NCBI GenBank assembly: GCA_021734405.1
Contig: JAIPJA010000002.1
Span: forward strand, 1,145 to 65,144
From: Minisyncoccota bacterium
GTDB taxonomy: Bacteria > Patescibacteriota > Patescibacteriia > Patescibacteriales > UBA12465
Direction of reading: 5' to 3'
Length of the DNA: 64,000 nt
In this document: piece after piece, positions 9,419 through 18,966 of the stretch
How positions within the stretch are numbered: position 1 is the stretch's first letter
Layout: each line of letters begins with the position of its first letter
Translations under genes and position numbers: made by a program
The notes under the pieces: model-generated
The model's input: the letters and a program-made list of their open reading frames with translations, nothing else
Told to the model about the DNA's origin: nothing
The model's database searches: none

Positions 9419-10438
9419 ATGAAAATTAAAATGAACTTAAAAAAAGGCTTAGTTTTAAGTATAACTTTAGCTATGCTTTTTTCTGTTTTTAGCTATAGTG
9501 TTAGCGCTTCTACTGATAGTTCTGATTTAACTTTAATATTAGCTGAGGCTGAAGCTGATGAAAGTGATGATGTAAATTTAGATGACTTTACTGAAAGTGA
9601 ATTATTAGAACCAGAACCAAGTGATTTACCTGAAGTAAAGGAAGATGTAAATTTAACTAACCGTCTTAAGGGATCTTTACTTTTAGATGTAGAAGGCAAT
9701 GGTGAAGTATATTATGTTGACCCGGATAGTGAAGGTAAAGAGTATTTAGCAGATGGAGCTTCTGCTCATAGATTACTAGAGAGACGGGCCTTAGGTATAA
9801 ATGAAGTTAATTTTTCTAAATTAGAGTTAGGCAGTGAGGCTAATGAAACTAATGTTTGCGCGAATTCTGAGTTAGCCTCAAGACTTAAAGGTAAAATTGT
9901 TTTAAGAGTGGAAAGTCATGGTGAAGCTTATTGGATAAATCCTAATAATTGTCGCGCTTATTACACTGGTACTTATGAAGCTGCCTATAACTTAATGAAA
10001 AAGATGAGTTTAGGTATTAAAAAGGCTAATTTAGCTAAAATTAAAGATAATGTTAGACAAAAAGCTAAAACCGCTTTTAGACACTCAGTTTATGCTTATG
10101 CCGCTGAAAATGAGATTGATTTAAAACAAGCTAAAGATGAAGTTAAAAATGATTTAAAAGATATAAATGATTGTTTAAAGGTTAAACAAGCTTTAAATAA
10201 CCAGGCTTTAAGTGTTCAAAATCGTTTAATTTTAACTAAAGAATGTTCTCAAGGAAAAATTATTTCTTCTATTAATGAAGAAAAGAGAGAGAAAATAAAA
10301 GAAGCTATAGAAGCAGTTAGAAATAGTAATAGGGAGGCTATAGAAAGCGAAGGAGAGGAGTCAGTGGCAAGTAAGCCTAGTTTAGGGCAGATGATAAAAA
10401 ATATTATTAAACCAGGCACAGATTCTAATGTTCAATAG
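9419..10438 (+). CDS. Secreted protein of unknown function with two copies of a ~55-aa repeat
   Basis: Signal-peptide-like N-terminus. Residues 81-135 and 154-208 align as xRLKGxhhLxVExxGExYahxP...Y...A..Lh....LGI...N..Kh. Confidence 0.7.
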   Translation: MKIKMNLKKGLVLSITLAMLFSVFSYSVSASTDSSDLTLILAEAEADESDDVNLDDFTESELLEPEPSDLPEVKEDVNLTNRLKGSLLLDVEGNGEVYYVDPDSEGKEYLADGASAHRLLERRALGINEVNFSKLELGSEANETNVCANSELASRLKGKIVLRVESHGEAYWINPNNCRAYYTGTYEAAYNLMKKMSLGIKKANLAKIKDNVRQKAKTAFRHSVYAYAAENEIDLKQAKDEVKNDLKDINDCLKVKQALNNQALSVQNRLILTKECSQGKIISSINEEKREKIKEAIEAVRNSNREAIESEGEESVASKPSLGQMIKNIIKPGTDSNVQ

Positions 10439-10474
10439 CATAAAAGATCTGATTATAAAGTGATAATATATACA

Positions 10475-10508
10475 AAAGTGGAAGCAGTTAGTTTCCACTT
10501 TTATTTTT
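10475..10508 (+). terminator. Rho-independent terminator
   Basis: AAAGTGGAA / TTCCACTTT stem followed by a T-rich tail. Confidence 0.75.
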
Positions 10509-10602
10509 ACAAACTCATAATTTATATGCTATACTTTTAAAAGTTAAAATATTATTTGTAAATTAAGGCAGGTAAAGAAGCCTGTTTCCTTTTTTAAAAA
10601 TT

Positions 10603-12111
10603 ATGGCTAAGAGAAACAAATTTTTATTTCCTCTGTTTAGAAAATACTTTAGAGAAGTAGAAAAATTTAAAAAAGAACCCTTTAAAGTGCAAGAGGTCTT
10701 GTTTGATTATCTTTTAAAAAAAGGTTCTAAAACTGAATGGGGAAAAAAGTATAACTATAGAAATATTAGTTCTGTGAAGGAATTTAAAAATAGGGTACCT
10801 ATTTCTTCTTATTCAGACTTAGATCCATATTTTTTGCGTTTGCTTAAAGGTGAGAATTATTTGCTTTGGCCAGAGAAAATTAAGTTCTTTGCCAAGTCAT
10901 CAGGTACTACTAGCTCTAAAAGTAAATTTATTCCTGTTAGTTCCAGCGCTCTAAAAGATTGTCACTACTTAGGTGGCAAGAATTTATTTGCTTCTTATTT
11001 TAATCAAGTAAAAGATTCTAATGTTTTTAAGGGTCAAAACTTCGCTTTAAGCGGAAGTCGGCAAAATGAAGAGATTGCTAGAAATAAATACATTGCTGAT
11101 GTGTCCGTGATTATTATAAAAAACTTGCCTTGGTGGGCTAAGCTTAGAAGAAGCCCTAAATTTTCTTTAGCTTCTATGTCTAATTGGGAAGAAAAGATTC
11201 CTAAAATAGCTGAAACAATATCTAAACAGAATATAACTAGCTTGTCAGGAGTGCCTTCTTGGAATTTATTGTTACTTAAAGAAGTTTTAAAGGTTTCTAA
11301 AAAAGATAATATTAGCGAGGCGTGGCCTAACTTAGAATTATTTGTTCATGGAGGTGTTAATTTTAGCCCCTATAGACAGCAGTTTAAAGAACTTATCTCT
11401 TCAGCTAATATGCATTATTTAGAAGTCTATAACGCTTCGGAAGGTTTTTTTGCTTTCCAAGATGATTTAAACAGAGAAGATATGCTTTTATCTTTAAATA
11501 ACGGTATTTTTTACGAGTTTATGCCCATGGAAGAATTAGATAAGGACAAACCAAGAACTTTGTCTTTATTAGAAGTAGAGTTAAATAAAAATTACGCTTT
11601 AGTAATTTCAACTAATGCTGGTCTGTGGCGCTACTTAATAGGGGATACAGTTAAATTTACCAGTTTAAAACCTTTTAGAATTATTTTTAGTGGTAGAACT
11701 AAGAGTTTTATAAACGCTTTTGGCGAAGAATTAATTGAGGATAATGCTAATAAAGCTATAGACTATGCCTCTCAAAAGACTGGGGCTGTAATTAAAGATT
11801 ATACAGTCGCTCCAGTTTATATTAGCTCCAATAGCTCGGGCAGACATCAGTGGTTAATTGAGTTTTCTAAATTACCTAAGTCTGTAGAGGAGTTTACTGG
11901 TTTGTTAGACAAAAAGCTTAAAAGTTTAAACTCAGATTATGAGGCTAAGCGTTACAGAGACATGACTTTAGCTCTACCAGAAATTATAGTTGCTAGACAA
12001 GGTCTTTTTTATAAGTGGCTTAAAAATAATAATAAGTTGGGTGGTCAACATAAGGTCCCTAGACTAGCCAATGATCGCAAAATAATTGAGAAAATTTTAG
12101 CATTAAATTAA
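10603..12111 (+). CDS. GH3-family (acyl-adenylate-forming, auxin-responsive-promoter-type) protein
   Basis: 502 aa. The N-terminal region and the FAKSSGTTSSKSKFIPVS block are typical of bacterial GH3 homologues. Confidence 0.7.
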   Translation: MAKRNKFLFPLFRKYFREVEKFKKEPFKVQEVLFDYLLKKGSKTEWGKKYNYRNISSVKEFKNRVPISSYSDLDPYFLRLLKGENYLLWPEKIKFFAKSSGTTSSKSKFIPVSSSALKDCHYLGGKNLFASYFNQVKDSNVFKGQNFALSGSRQNEEIARNKYIADVSVIIIKNLPWWAKLRRSPKFSLASMSNWEEKIPKIAETISKQNITSLSGVPSWNLLLLKEVLKVSKKDNISEAWPNLELFVHGGVNFSPYRQQFKELISSANMHYLEVYNASEGFFAFQDDLNREDMLLSLNNGIFYEFMPMEELDKDKPRTLSLLEVELNKNYALVISTNAGLWRYLIGDTVKFTSLKPFRIIFSGRTKSFINAFGEELIEDNANKAIDYASQKTGAVIKDYTVAPVYISSNSSGRHQWLIEFSKLPKSVEEFTGLLDKKLKSLNSDYEAKRYRDMTLALPEIIVARQGLFYKWLKNNNKLGGQHKVPRLANDRKIIEKILALN

Positions 12112-12197
12112 AAAGTTTAGCTGTATACTTTTTTTATACGATTTAATCTATCGTTTTTATTTTGATTATTTTGTAATCTTGTATATAGATTAAGCTA

Positions 12198-12206
12198 TGG
12201 TATAAT
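12198..12206 (+). promoter_or_regulatory. Extended -10 element TGGTATAAT
   Basis: TGGTATAAT lies 27 nt upstream of the ATG at 12234. Confidence 0.45.
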
Positions 12207-12233
12207 TTTAGTTAATTAATAGATCTAAATATT

Positions 12234-12956
12234 ATGGAGAAGATTTTAGAAGTAGAAAATTTAAGTAAATTTTATAAAGATTTTCAAGCTGTTAAAGATG
12301 TTAATTTTAATGTTTTTAAAGGTGAAATCTTTGCTTTAGTTGGTCCTAATGGAGCTGGCAAGTCCACTAGTTTAAAAATGATAGCTACTATTTTAAATCC
12401 TAGCGCTGGCAAGATAAGAATAAATGGTATTGACACCTCTAAAGATTCAGAAGAGGCTAGGAAATGTATAAGTTATTTGCCTGAAGATGCTGGTGCCTAT
12501 AAAAACTTAAGTGGTTTAGATTATTTAAAGTTTATGGCTTCAATGTATAATGATGATAAAAAGGCACAAAAGACCCAAGTAGACTTTGCTGCTAATTTAT
12601 CAAATTTAGGTAAAAAATTGAAAAATAAAGTTAAAACCTATTCTAAAGGCATGACTAGAAAATTATTATTGTCACGAGCTATTATGACCAGACCAAAGCT
12701 GTTAATTTTAGACGAGCCTACTTCAGGTTTGGATGTTATAAACGCTGTTAATGTTAGAGATATAATTAAGAATTTATCTCGTCAAGGCGTAGCTGTATTG
12801 CTTTCAAGCCATAACATGTTAGAAGTAGAATATTTATCTAATCGTTTAGCTATTATTGATAAAGGAGAAATTAAAGCTGAAGGTAAGGCTGATGATTTAA
12901 AGGCTAAATTTCAAAGTCAAAACTTAGAAGAGGTTTTTATGAAAATTACTAAATAA
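12234..12956 (+). CDS. ABC transporter ATP-binding protein
   Basis: Walker A GPNGAGKST, Walker B LLILDEPTSGLD, degenerate signature YSKGMTRK. Confidence 0.9.
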   Translation: MEKILEVENLSKFYKDFQAVKDVNFNVFKGEIFALVGPNGAGKSTSLKMIATILNPSAGKIRINGIDTSKDSEEARKCISYLPEDAGAYKNLSGLDYLKFMASMYNDDKKAQKTQVDFAANLSNLGKKLKNKVKTYSKGMTRKLLLSRAIMTRPKLLILDEPTSGLDVINAVNVRDIIKNLSRQGVAVLLSSHNMLEVEYLSNRLAIIDKGEIKAEGKADDLKAKFQSQNLEEVFMKITK

Positions 12957-12961
12957 AGATT

Positions 12962-14239
12962 ATGCAGAAATTTTTCTCACTAGTAAAGAAAGAAATAAAA
13001 GAATTAGTCACCATACAAATGGTTGTACCTTTAATTATCATGGTGTTAGCCTTTTCCTGGTTAGGTAGTATTTTAGCTACCGAGACAGAGAAGTCTCAAG
13101 CTCCTTTAGATTTGTGGGTTATAAACAACGACAGTGGCGAGCTTTCAGAAAATATTATTGTTGACTTAGAAGCTAATAATTTTAAAGTTGAAACCAAATT
13201 TGAAGATTTAGAAACAGTCAAGTCTTTAGCTTTAGCTAATGATATTTCCATGCTCTTAGTAATTGATGCTGGTTTTTCTCAAGCTTTAAATAACTACCAA
13301 GCGCAAAACATAGAGCTCTATAGCTTGATTTCTAATTTTTCTTTAACCACCATGACAGCTGGATCTAAATTGCAGGCTGTGGGTAATATTATAAATACTA
13401 ATATAAAAAATTATTGGGTTAATAGCTTAAATTTAGAAATTTCAGCTAGTGATTTAGAAAAGCCCGTTAATTTAGAGGAGTATGTGGTTATTGGTGAAAA
13501 GGAAGCTAAAGTACCTTTAATGGCGGTTAGTGGCTTTATTTCTCAACAAACAACCTTTGTTCCTGTTATACTTTTTATTATCATAGTCATTGCTGCTCAA
13601 ATGGTGGCCACTGCTATTGCTAGTGAAAAAGAAAATAAAACTTTTGAAACCCTTTTAACTTTACCAGTGGGGAGAAAAACTATTGTCTTTGCTAAGTTGT
13701 TAGCGGCTGGTATTATTTCTATTCTTTTTGCTCTATTTTATTTAATTGGTCTTAGTCGTTATATGGGAGGATTAACTGGTGGAGCAGGGGCGGTTATGGA
13801 TAATTTTGCTGGAGCCTTCCAGTCTTTAGGAATTTCTTTTTCTTTTATTGATTATACTTTCTTAGGTTTATCCCTGTTTTTAGGTATTATGACAGCTTTA
13901 TCTTTAGCCCTGCTTTTAGGTTTAATGGTAGATAATGTTAAAGCTGTGCAGGCAGCTACCACGCCTTTAATGGTTTTAGTTTTAATTCCTTATCTTTTAA
14001 CCATGTTTATTGATATTGATAAAGCTAGCTTGTTTATAAAATATTTAGTCTATGTTATACCCTTTTCTTATCCTTTTTTAGCAGTGCAAAAACTAGTAAT
14101 AGCTGACTATAGCTTTATTACCTTTGGTTTAATTTATCAATTATTCTTCTTTTTATTAGTAGTAATTTTAACTACTAAAGTATTTTCTTCAGATAAAGTT
14201 TTAAGTTGGAGATTTAATTTTAAAGGTCTAAAAAAATAG
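12962..14239 (+). CDS. ABC-2 type transporter permease with a large N-terminal extracytoplasmic loop
   Basis: One N-terminal TM, a ~170-aa loop, then 5-6 TM helices. Directly follows the ATPase gene. Confidence 0.75.
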   Translation: MQKFFSLVKKEIKELVTIQMVVPLIIMVLAFSWLGSILATETEKSQAPLDLWVINNDSGELSENIIVDLEANNFKVETKFEDLETVKSLALANDISMLLVIDAGFSQALNNYQAQNIELYSLISNFSLTTMTAGSKLQAVGNIINTNIKNYWVNSLNLEISASDLEKPVNLEEYVVIGEKEAKVPLMAVSGFISQQTTFVPVILFIIIVIAAQMVATAIASEKENKTFETLLTLPVGRKTIVFAKLLAAGIISILFALFYLIGLSRYMGGLTGGAGAVMDNFAGAFQSLGISFSFIDYTFLGLSLFLGIMTALSLALLLGLMVDNVKAVQAATTPLMVLVLIPYLLTMFIDIDKASLFIKYLVYVIPFSYPFLAVQKLVIADYSFITFGLIYQLFFFLLVVILTTKVFSSDKVLSWRFNFKGLKK

Positions 14240-14284
14240 TTTTTAGTTTTTGCCTTTAAAAAAAACAAGTGCTACAATAAAACT

Positions 14285-15421
14285 ATGAAGATTAAGTTAA
14301 AAAGGCTAATTTATCTAGTTTTAATATCTTTTTTGAGTTTGTCAATTGTTTCTCCTTTGCAAGCTGAGACTGAAAATCAAGACATTAGTTTTAAGGCTAA
14401 GGTTTTAGAGGTGGTGGAAGAAGATAGAAAAACTCTTGCTGGAGGCAGGGAAGTAATTCAGCAAAAACTTAAGTTAAAAGGCTTGGAGGAGCCTTTTTTA
14501 AATGAGGAAATTATTTTTAATGGTATAGGTGATTTAGATGTTTTAAATACTAAGGTTTATAAGGAGGGTGATAAGCTACTTATGGTAGTTAGTTATGGAC
14601 CTGAAGGGGAAGAGTTTTTTTATGTTTTAGATTATGTTAGGTCTAACAGTCTTTGGTATTTAGCTATTATTTTTTTATTTTTATTAGTGATTATTGGTCG
14701 TTTTCGAGGTTTTCGATCTTTTCTATCTTTAGCTTTAAGCTTTTTAGTAATTACTAATTTTATTATCCCTCAAATTTTAAAAGGCTCAAATCCTTTGCTG
14801 ATTACTATTATAGGGTCAATTTTTATTCTTTTAGTAGTTATTTATTTAACTGAGGGCTTTAAGGCTAAGTCACATTTAGCAGTTACAAGTATATTAGCTA
14901 GTTTGTTATTTGCTATCTTCATTTCGGCTTTATTTGTTAATTTAGCCAAATTAACCGGAGCTGCTAGCGAAGAAGTACTGTTTCTTTTTAATTTTCAAGA
15001 TACAGTTATTAATTTAAAAGGACTTTTACTGGCAGGTATTATTATTGGTGCTTTAGGCGCTTTAGATGATATTGTCATTTCTCAAATTGCTACTTGTGAA
15101 GAATTAGCTAAAGCTAATAAAGATTTAAGCTACAAAGAACTTTTTACAAGAACCTATAACGTTGGCATTTCTCATATTGCTTCTATGACTAATACTTTAT
15201 TTCTAGCTTATGCTGGAGCTTCCTTGCCTCTTTTAATACTTTTTGTCTCCGGGCAAACTGTTCTAGGTAATTGGCAACAAGTAATAAATACAGAGCTAGT
15301 AGCTACTGAGATTGTAAGAACTTTAGCCGGCTCTATAGGCATAGTTTTATCAGTCCCTATAGCCACAGCTTTAGCTGCCTGGTATTATAGTAAAAAGAAT
15401 AAAGAAAAAAATATTATTTAA
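14285..15421 (+). CDS. YibE/F-like polytopic membrane protein
   Basis: Signal peptide, a soluble N-domain, then about 7 TM helices. Family assignment is from overall architecture only. Confidence 0.5.
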   Translation: MKIKLKRLIYLVLISFLSLSIVSPLQAETENQDISFKAKVLEVVEEDRKTLAGGREVIQQKLKLKGLEEPFLNEEIIFNGIGDLDVLNTKVYKEGDKLLMVVSYGPEGEEFFYVLDYVRSNSLWYLAIIFLFLLVIIGRFRGFRSFLSLALSFLVITNFIIPQILKGSNPLLITIIGSIFILLVVIYLTEGFKAKSHLAVTSILASLLFAIFISALFVNLAKLTGAASEEVLFLFNFQDTVINLKGLLLAGIIIGALGALDDIVISQIATCEELAKANKDLSYKELFTRTYNVGISHIASMTNTLFLAYAGASLPLLILFVSGQTVLGNWQQVINTELVATEIVRTLAGSIGIVLSVPIATALAAWYYSKKNKEKNII

Positions 15422-15425
15422 TTTT

Positions 15426-16223
15426 ATGAAAAAGAGTGATTATATAATAGAAGTTAAAAATTTAAGAAAGAAATTTAAGGAAAATATGGCAGTAGCTGAT
15501 ATTAGTTTTAAGGTGAAAACTGGTGAAGTCTTTGCTTTTTTAGGACCTAATGGCGCTGGTAAAAGTACTACTATAAAGATATTAACAACTCTTTTAAAAC
15601 CTACAGAGGGAAGTGTGCATTTAAATGGATTTAATGTTTTAAAAGATAAGGCTAAAGCTAGAAAATCTTTTGGTATAGTTTTTCAAGATCAAAGTCTGGA
15701 TATAGATTTAACAGCTTATGAAAATATGTATTTTCATGCTACTTTGTATAAAATTCCTAAGGCGGATCGTTTGGAAAAAATAAAAAAATTAATGGAAATG
15801 GTGGATCTTTGGGAAAAAAGAAAGCAGATAGTTAAAAAATTTTCTGGGGGCATGAAAAGAAGATTGGAGATAGCTAGAGGATTATTGCATCATCCTGAAA
15901 TATTGTTTTTAGATGAACCTACCTTAGGTCTTGATCCGCAAACTAGACAACATATTTGGCAGTATATAATGAATTTAAATAAGTCTGAGGCTTTAACCAT
16001 TTTTTTCTCTACTCATTATTTAGATGAGGTAGAAAAAATTGCTGATAAAGTTGCTATTATTGACCAGGGAAAGATTATTGATATAGGAACTGTTAAAGAA
16101 ATAAAAGAACGTAATCAAACTTTAACTTTAGAAGAAGCCTTTATTAAATTAACTGGAAAAAATATGAGGCAAGAGGAAGGAGATAATTTAGCAGTAGTTA
16201 AACAATACCTGAGAAAAAGGTAA
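15426..16223 (+). CDS. ABC transporter ATP-binding protein (DrrA/NodI-like)
   Basis: Walker A GPNGAGKST, signature FSGGMKRRLEIA, Walker B ILFLDEPTLGLD. Confidence 0.9.
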   Translation: MKKSDYIIEVKNLRKKFKENMAVADISFKVKTGEVFAFLGPNGAGKSTTIKILTTLLKPTEGSVHLNGFNVLKDKAKARKSFGIVFQDQSLDIDLTAYENMYFHATLYKIPKADRLEKIKKLMEMVDLWEKRKQIVKKFSGGMKRRLEIARGLLHHPEILFLDEPTLGLDPQTRQHIWQYIMNLNKSEALTIFFSTHYLDEVEKIADKVAIIDQGKIIDIGTVKEIKERNQTLTLEEAFIKLTGKNMRQEEGDNLAVVKQYLRKR

Positions 16224-16233
16224 TTATAATTTT

Positions 16234-16983
16234 ATGTTTAGTACTATTTACATATTATGGCTCAGGCAAATAAAAAGATATTTAAGATCTAAATCTAGAA
16301 TCATTGGTTCTTTAGGTCAACCTATTTTATTTTTAGTAGCTTTAGGTTTTGGTTTTGGTCCTATGTATTCTGCTAGTGGTCAAGGAAATTTTATAGAATT
16401 CTTAGCCCCAGGGATTATAGCCATGAGTATTATTTTCACTGCTATGTATAGTGGCATGGAAGTTATTTGGGATAAACAGTTTGGTTTTTTAAAAGAAACT
16501 TTAGTAGCTCCAGTTAGTCGTTTTAATATAATGCTAGGCAGAACTTTGGGAGGTGCTAGTGTAGCCATGTTTCAGGGTATATTGGTTTTAATTATTTCAA
16601 CTTTTTTTGGTTTTCAAATTTTAAGTTTTAGTGGCTTGCTTTTAGGATTTTTGTTTATGTTTTTAATTGCAGTTTTTTTTACAGCTTTAGGCACAGCTAT
16701 TGCTTCAGTTTTAGAAGATATGCAAGGCTTTCAACTAATTATGTCTTTTTTAGTAATGCCAATATTTTTTCTTTCAGGAGCACTTTTTCCCATAGAGGGC
16801 ATTAACAGAACTCTTTATTATATTATCAGAATAAATCCTTTAACTTATGGAGTAGATGGTTTAAGACAAAGTTTAATCTCAGAAGGATACTTTAGTCTAG
16901 GTCTAGACTTGGTTGTCTTAGCAATTTTAGCTATAATAACCTTAATCTTAGGAGCGAAGCTTTTTTCTAAAATACAAATTTAA
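16234..16983 (+). CDS. ABC-2 type transporter permease
   Basis: 249 aa with 6 TM helices; adjacent to the ATPase gene. Confidence 0.85.
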   Translation: MFSTIYILWLRQIKRYLRSKSRIIGSLGQPILFLVALGFGFGPMYSASGQGNFIEFLAPGIIAMSIIFTAMYSGMEVIWDKQFGFLKETLVAPVSRFNIMLGRTLGGASVAMFQGILVLIISTFFGFQILSFSGLLLGFLFMFLIAVFFTALGTAIASVLEDMQGFQLIMSFLVMPIFFLSGALFPIEGINRTLYYIIRINPLTYGVDGLRQSLISEGYFSLGLDLVVLAILAIITLILGAKLFSKIQI

Positions 16984-17007
16984 ATAAGATAACTTAATTA
17001 TAAATAT

Positions 17008-17733
17008 ATGAGATTAAAAGATAAGGTAGCTATAGTAACTGGAGCTAGCTCTGGTATAGGTAAAGCTATTGCTGATAGCTTTGTGAAAGAAGGCGCTAAA
17101 GTTGTTTATAGTGATATAAATAACATTGATAATTTACCTGAAGGTGCTATATTTTTTAAAGCTGATGTTTCCAGTAGTGAACAAGTGAAAACTTTAATTT
17201 CTGAGGCTGTTTCTGTTTTTGGCTCTCTTGATGTTATGGTTAATAACGCTGGCATTGGCTCACAGGGCTCTATTTTGGAAGAAAGTGATGCAAACTTTGC
17301 TAAAACTATAGCGGTTAATTTATCTGGAACTTTCTATGGTAGTCGTGAGGCTGGAAAATATATGAAAGAGCAGGGAATTAAAGGTTCGATTATAAATATT
17401 AGTTCAATTTTAGGACAGGTTGGCTTTCAAGGAGCAATTTCTTATTGCGCTTCTAAAGGTGGGGTGATGCAGCTTACTAAAGCTGGGGCACTTGATTTAG
17501 CACCTTTTAACATTAGAATCAATGCTATCGCCCCTGGCTTTATTGAAACCGAAATGACAAAAGAAATTTTAAAAGATGAAAACTTTAATAATTTGGTTTT
17601 AAGTTCTACTCCTTTAAATAGAGTGGGTAGTCCTGAAGAAATTGCTAAGTCGGCTGTATTTTTAGCTAGTGATGAGTCTAGCTATATTACTGGTGAAACT
17701 TTATTTGTAGATGGCGGTTGGAGAGCTAAATAA
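17008..17733 (+). CDS. Short-chain dehydrogenase/reductase (FabG/glucose-dehydrogenase-like)
   Basis: TGASSGIGKA, NNAG and the catalytic YCASKGG (YxxxK). Confidence 0.85.
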   Translation: MRLKDKVAIVTGASSGIGKAIADSFVKEGAKVVYSDINNIDNLPEGAIFFKADVSSSEQVKTLISEAVSVFGSLDVMVNNAGIGSQGSILEESDANFAKTIAVNLSGTFYGSREAGKYMKEQGIKGSIINISSILGQVGFQGAISYCASKGGVMQLTKAGALDLAPFNIRINAIAPGFIETEMTKEILKDENFNNLVLSSTPLNRVGSPEEIAKSAVFLASDESSYITGETLFVDGGWRAK

Positions 17734-17754
17734 TTATTTAATTAATATATATTT

Positions 17755-18120
17755 ATGAAACAAGAAAATTTAAACCAAGAACCAGAGGAGTTTTTGGAAG
17801 CAGAGGAATTTAATGAAGAGCTAGAAGATGAAAACAATGAAGAAAACTTAGATTATGAATTTGATAGTAAGCCCAAAAAGAAAAAATTTAAGAATAAAGT
17901 GATTTTAATTGAGTTAATTATTATTTTAATTTTAGGAGCAATTGTCTATTTTCAGTTTTCTAGTTTTTCTGATAAAAAAGTTGAAGTGGAAAACAATTAC
18001 CAGGCTTTACAAAAATTAGATTCAGAGATTAATTCTTGTCGAGAATTAATCAGTCAAAATCAAGGAGAGTTTGATCGCTATGACTATTGTCGTCAATTAA
18101 TACAAAGTTTTGATAATTAA
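17755..18120 (+). CDS. Hypothetical single-pass membrane protein with an acidic N-terminus
   Basis: 121-aa ORF with an E/D-rich head, one TM helix and a short C-terminal domain containing two Cys. Confidence 0.5.
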   Translation: MKQENLNQEPEEFLEAEEFNEELEDENNEENLDYEFDSKPKKKKFKNKVILIELIIILILGAIVYFQFSSFSDKKVEVENNYQALQKLDSEINSCRELISQNQGEFDRYDYCRQLIQSFDN

Positions 18121-18147
18121 TATTTAATTTAAATAATAATAATTTAC

Positions 18148-18966
18148 ATGATTGGAGTTTTTGATTCAGGTTTAGGGGGACTGAGTATTTTAAAGCATTT
18201 TTTATCTGATTTGCCTGAATACGACTATATATATTTAGGGGATAATGCTCGAGTACCTTATGGCAATAAGTCTAGTGAGCTTATCTACCACTATAGCTGT
18301 CAGGCAGTAGATTTTTTATTTTCTCAAGGAGCTAAATTAATTATTTTTGCCTGCAATAGCGCTTCTAGTCAGGCTTTGAGAAAAATACAAACAGAGTATT
18401 TGCCTGTAAAATACCCAGGTAAAAATGTTTTAGGTGTAATAGTGCCTTTAGTGGAAAAAGTAGTTTCAGATCCTAAAATTTCTAAAGTAGGGGTAATTGG
18501 CACTAGAGCCACAATTAATTCTCATATCTATAGAGAGGAGTTGTTAGAGCTAAAGCCAGATTTAGAAGTTTTAGAAAAAGCTACGCCTCTTTTAGTCCCT
18601 CTAATAGAGGAGAATTGGTTGAAAAGACCTGAGACTCGAAAGATTTTAAAATATTATTTACGTGAGCTAAAAATGAAAGAAGTGCAAGCTTTAATTTTAG
18701 CCTGTACGCATTACCCTTTTCTTTTAAAGGAAATAAGGCAAATTATGGGGAAGTCTTGTAAAGTGTACAATCCAGGTGAGGTGGTAGCCTTTAGTTTAAA
18801 AGATTATTTATCTAGACATTCGGAATTAGACATAAAACTAGTTAAAAAACCGCAAAGAAAATTTTTTGCTACAGATAAAGCTTCTAATTTTAAACAATTA
18901 GGAGAGAAGTTTTTGGGAGAAAAAATTGAGGACATAAATTATATTAATTTAAATGACAAGCTATAA
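18148..18966 (+). CDS. murI: Glutamate racemase
   Basis: VFDSGLGGLS, plus the catalytic Cys motifs ACNSAS and ACTHYP. Confidence 0.9.
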   Translation: MIGVFDSGLGGLSILKHFLSDLPEYDYIYLGDNARVPYGNKSSELIYHYSCQAVDFLFSQGAKLIIFACNSASSQALRKIQTEYLPVKYPGKNVLGVIVPLVEKVVSDPKISKVGVIGTRATINSHIYREELLELKPDLEVLEKATPLLVPLIEENWLKRPETRKILKYYLRELKMKEVQALILACTHYPFLLKEIRQIMGKSCKVYNPGEVVAFSLKDYLSRHSELDIKLVKKPQRKFFATDKASNFKQLGEKFLGEKIEDINYINLNDKL

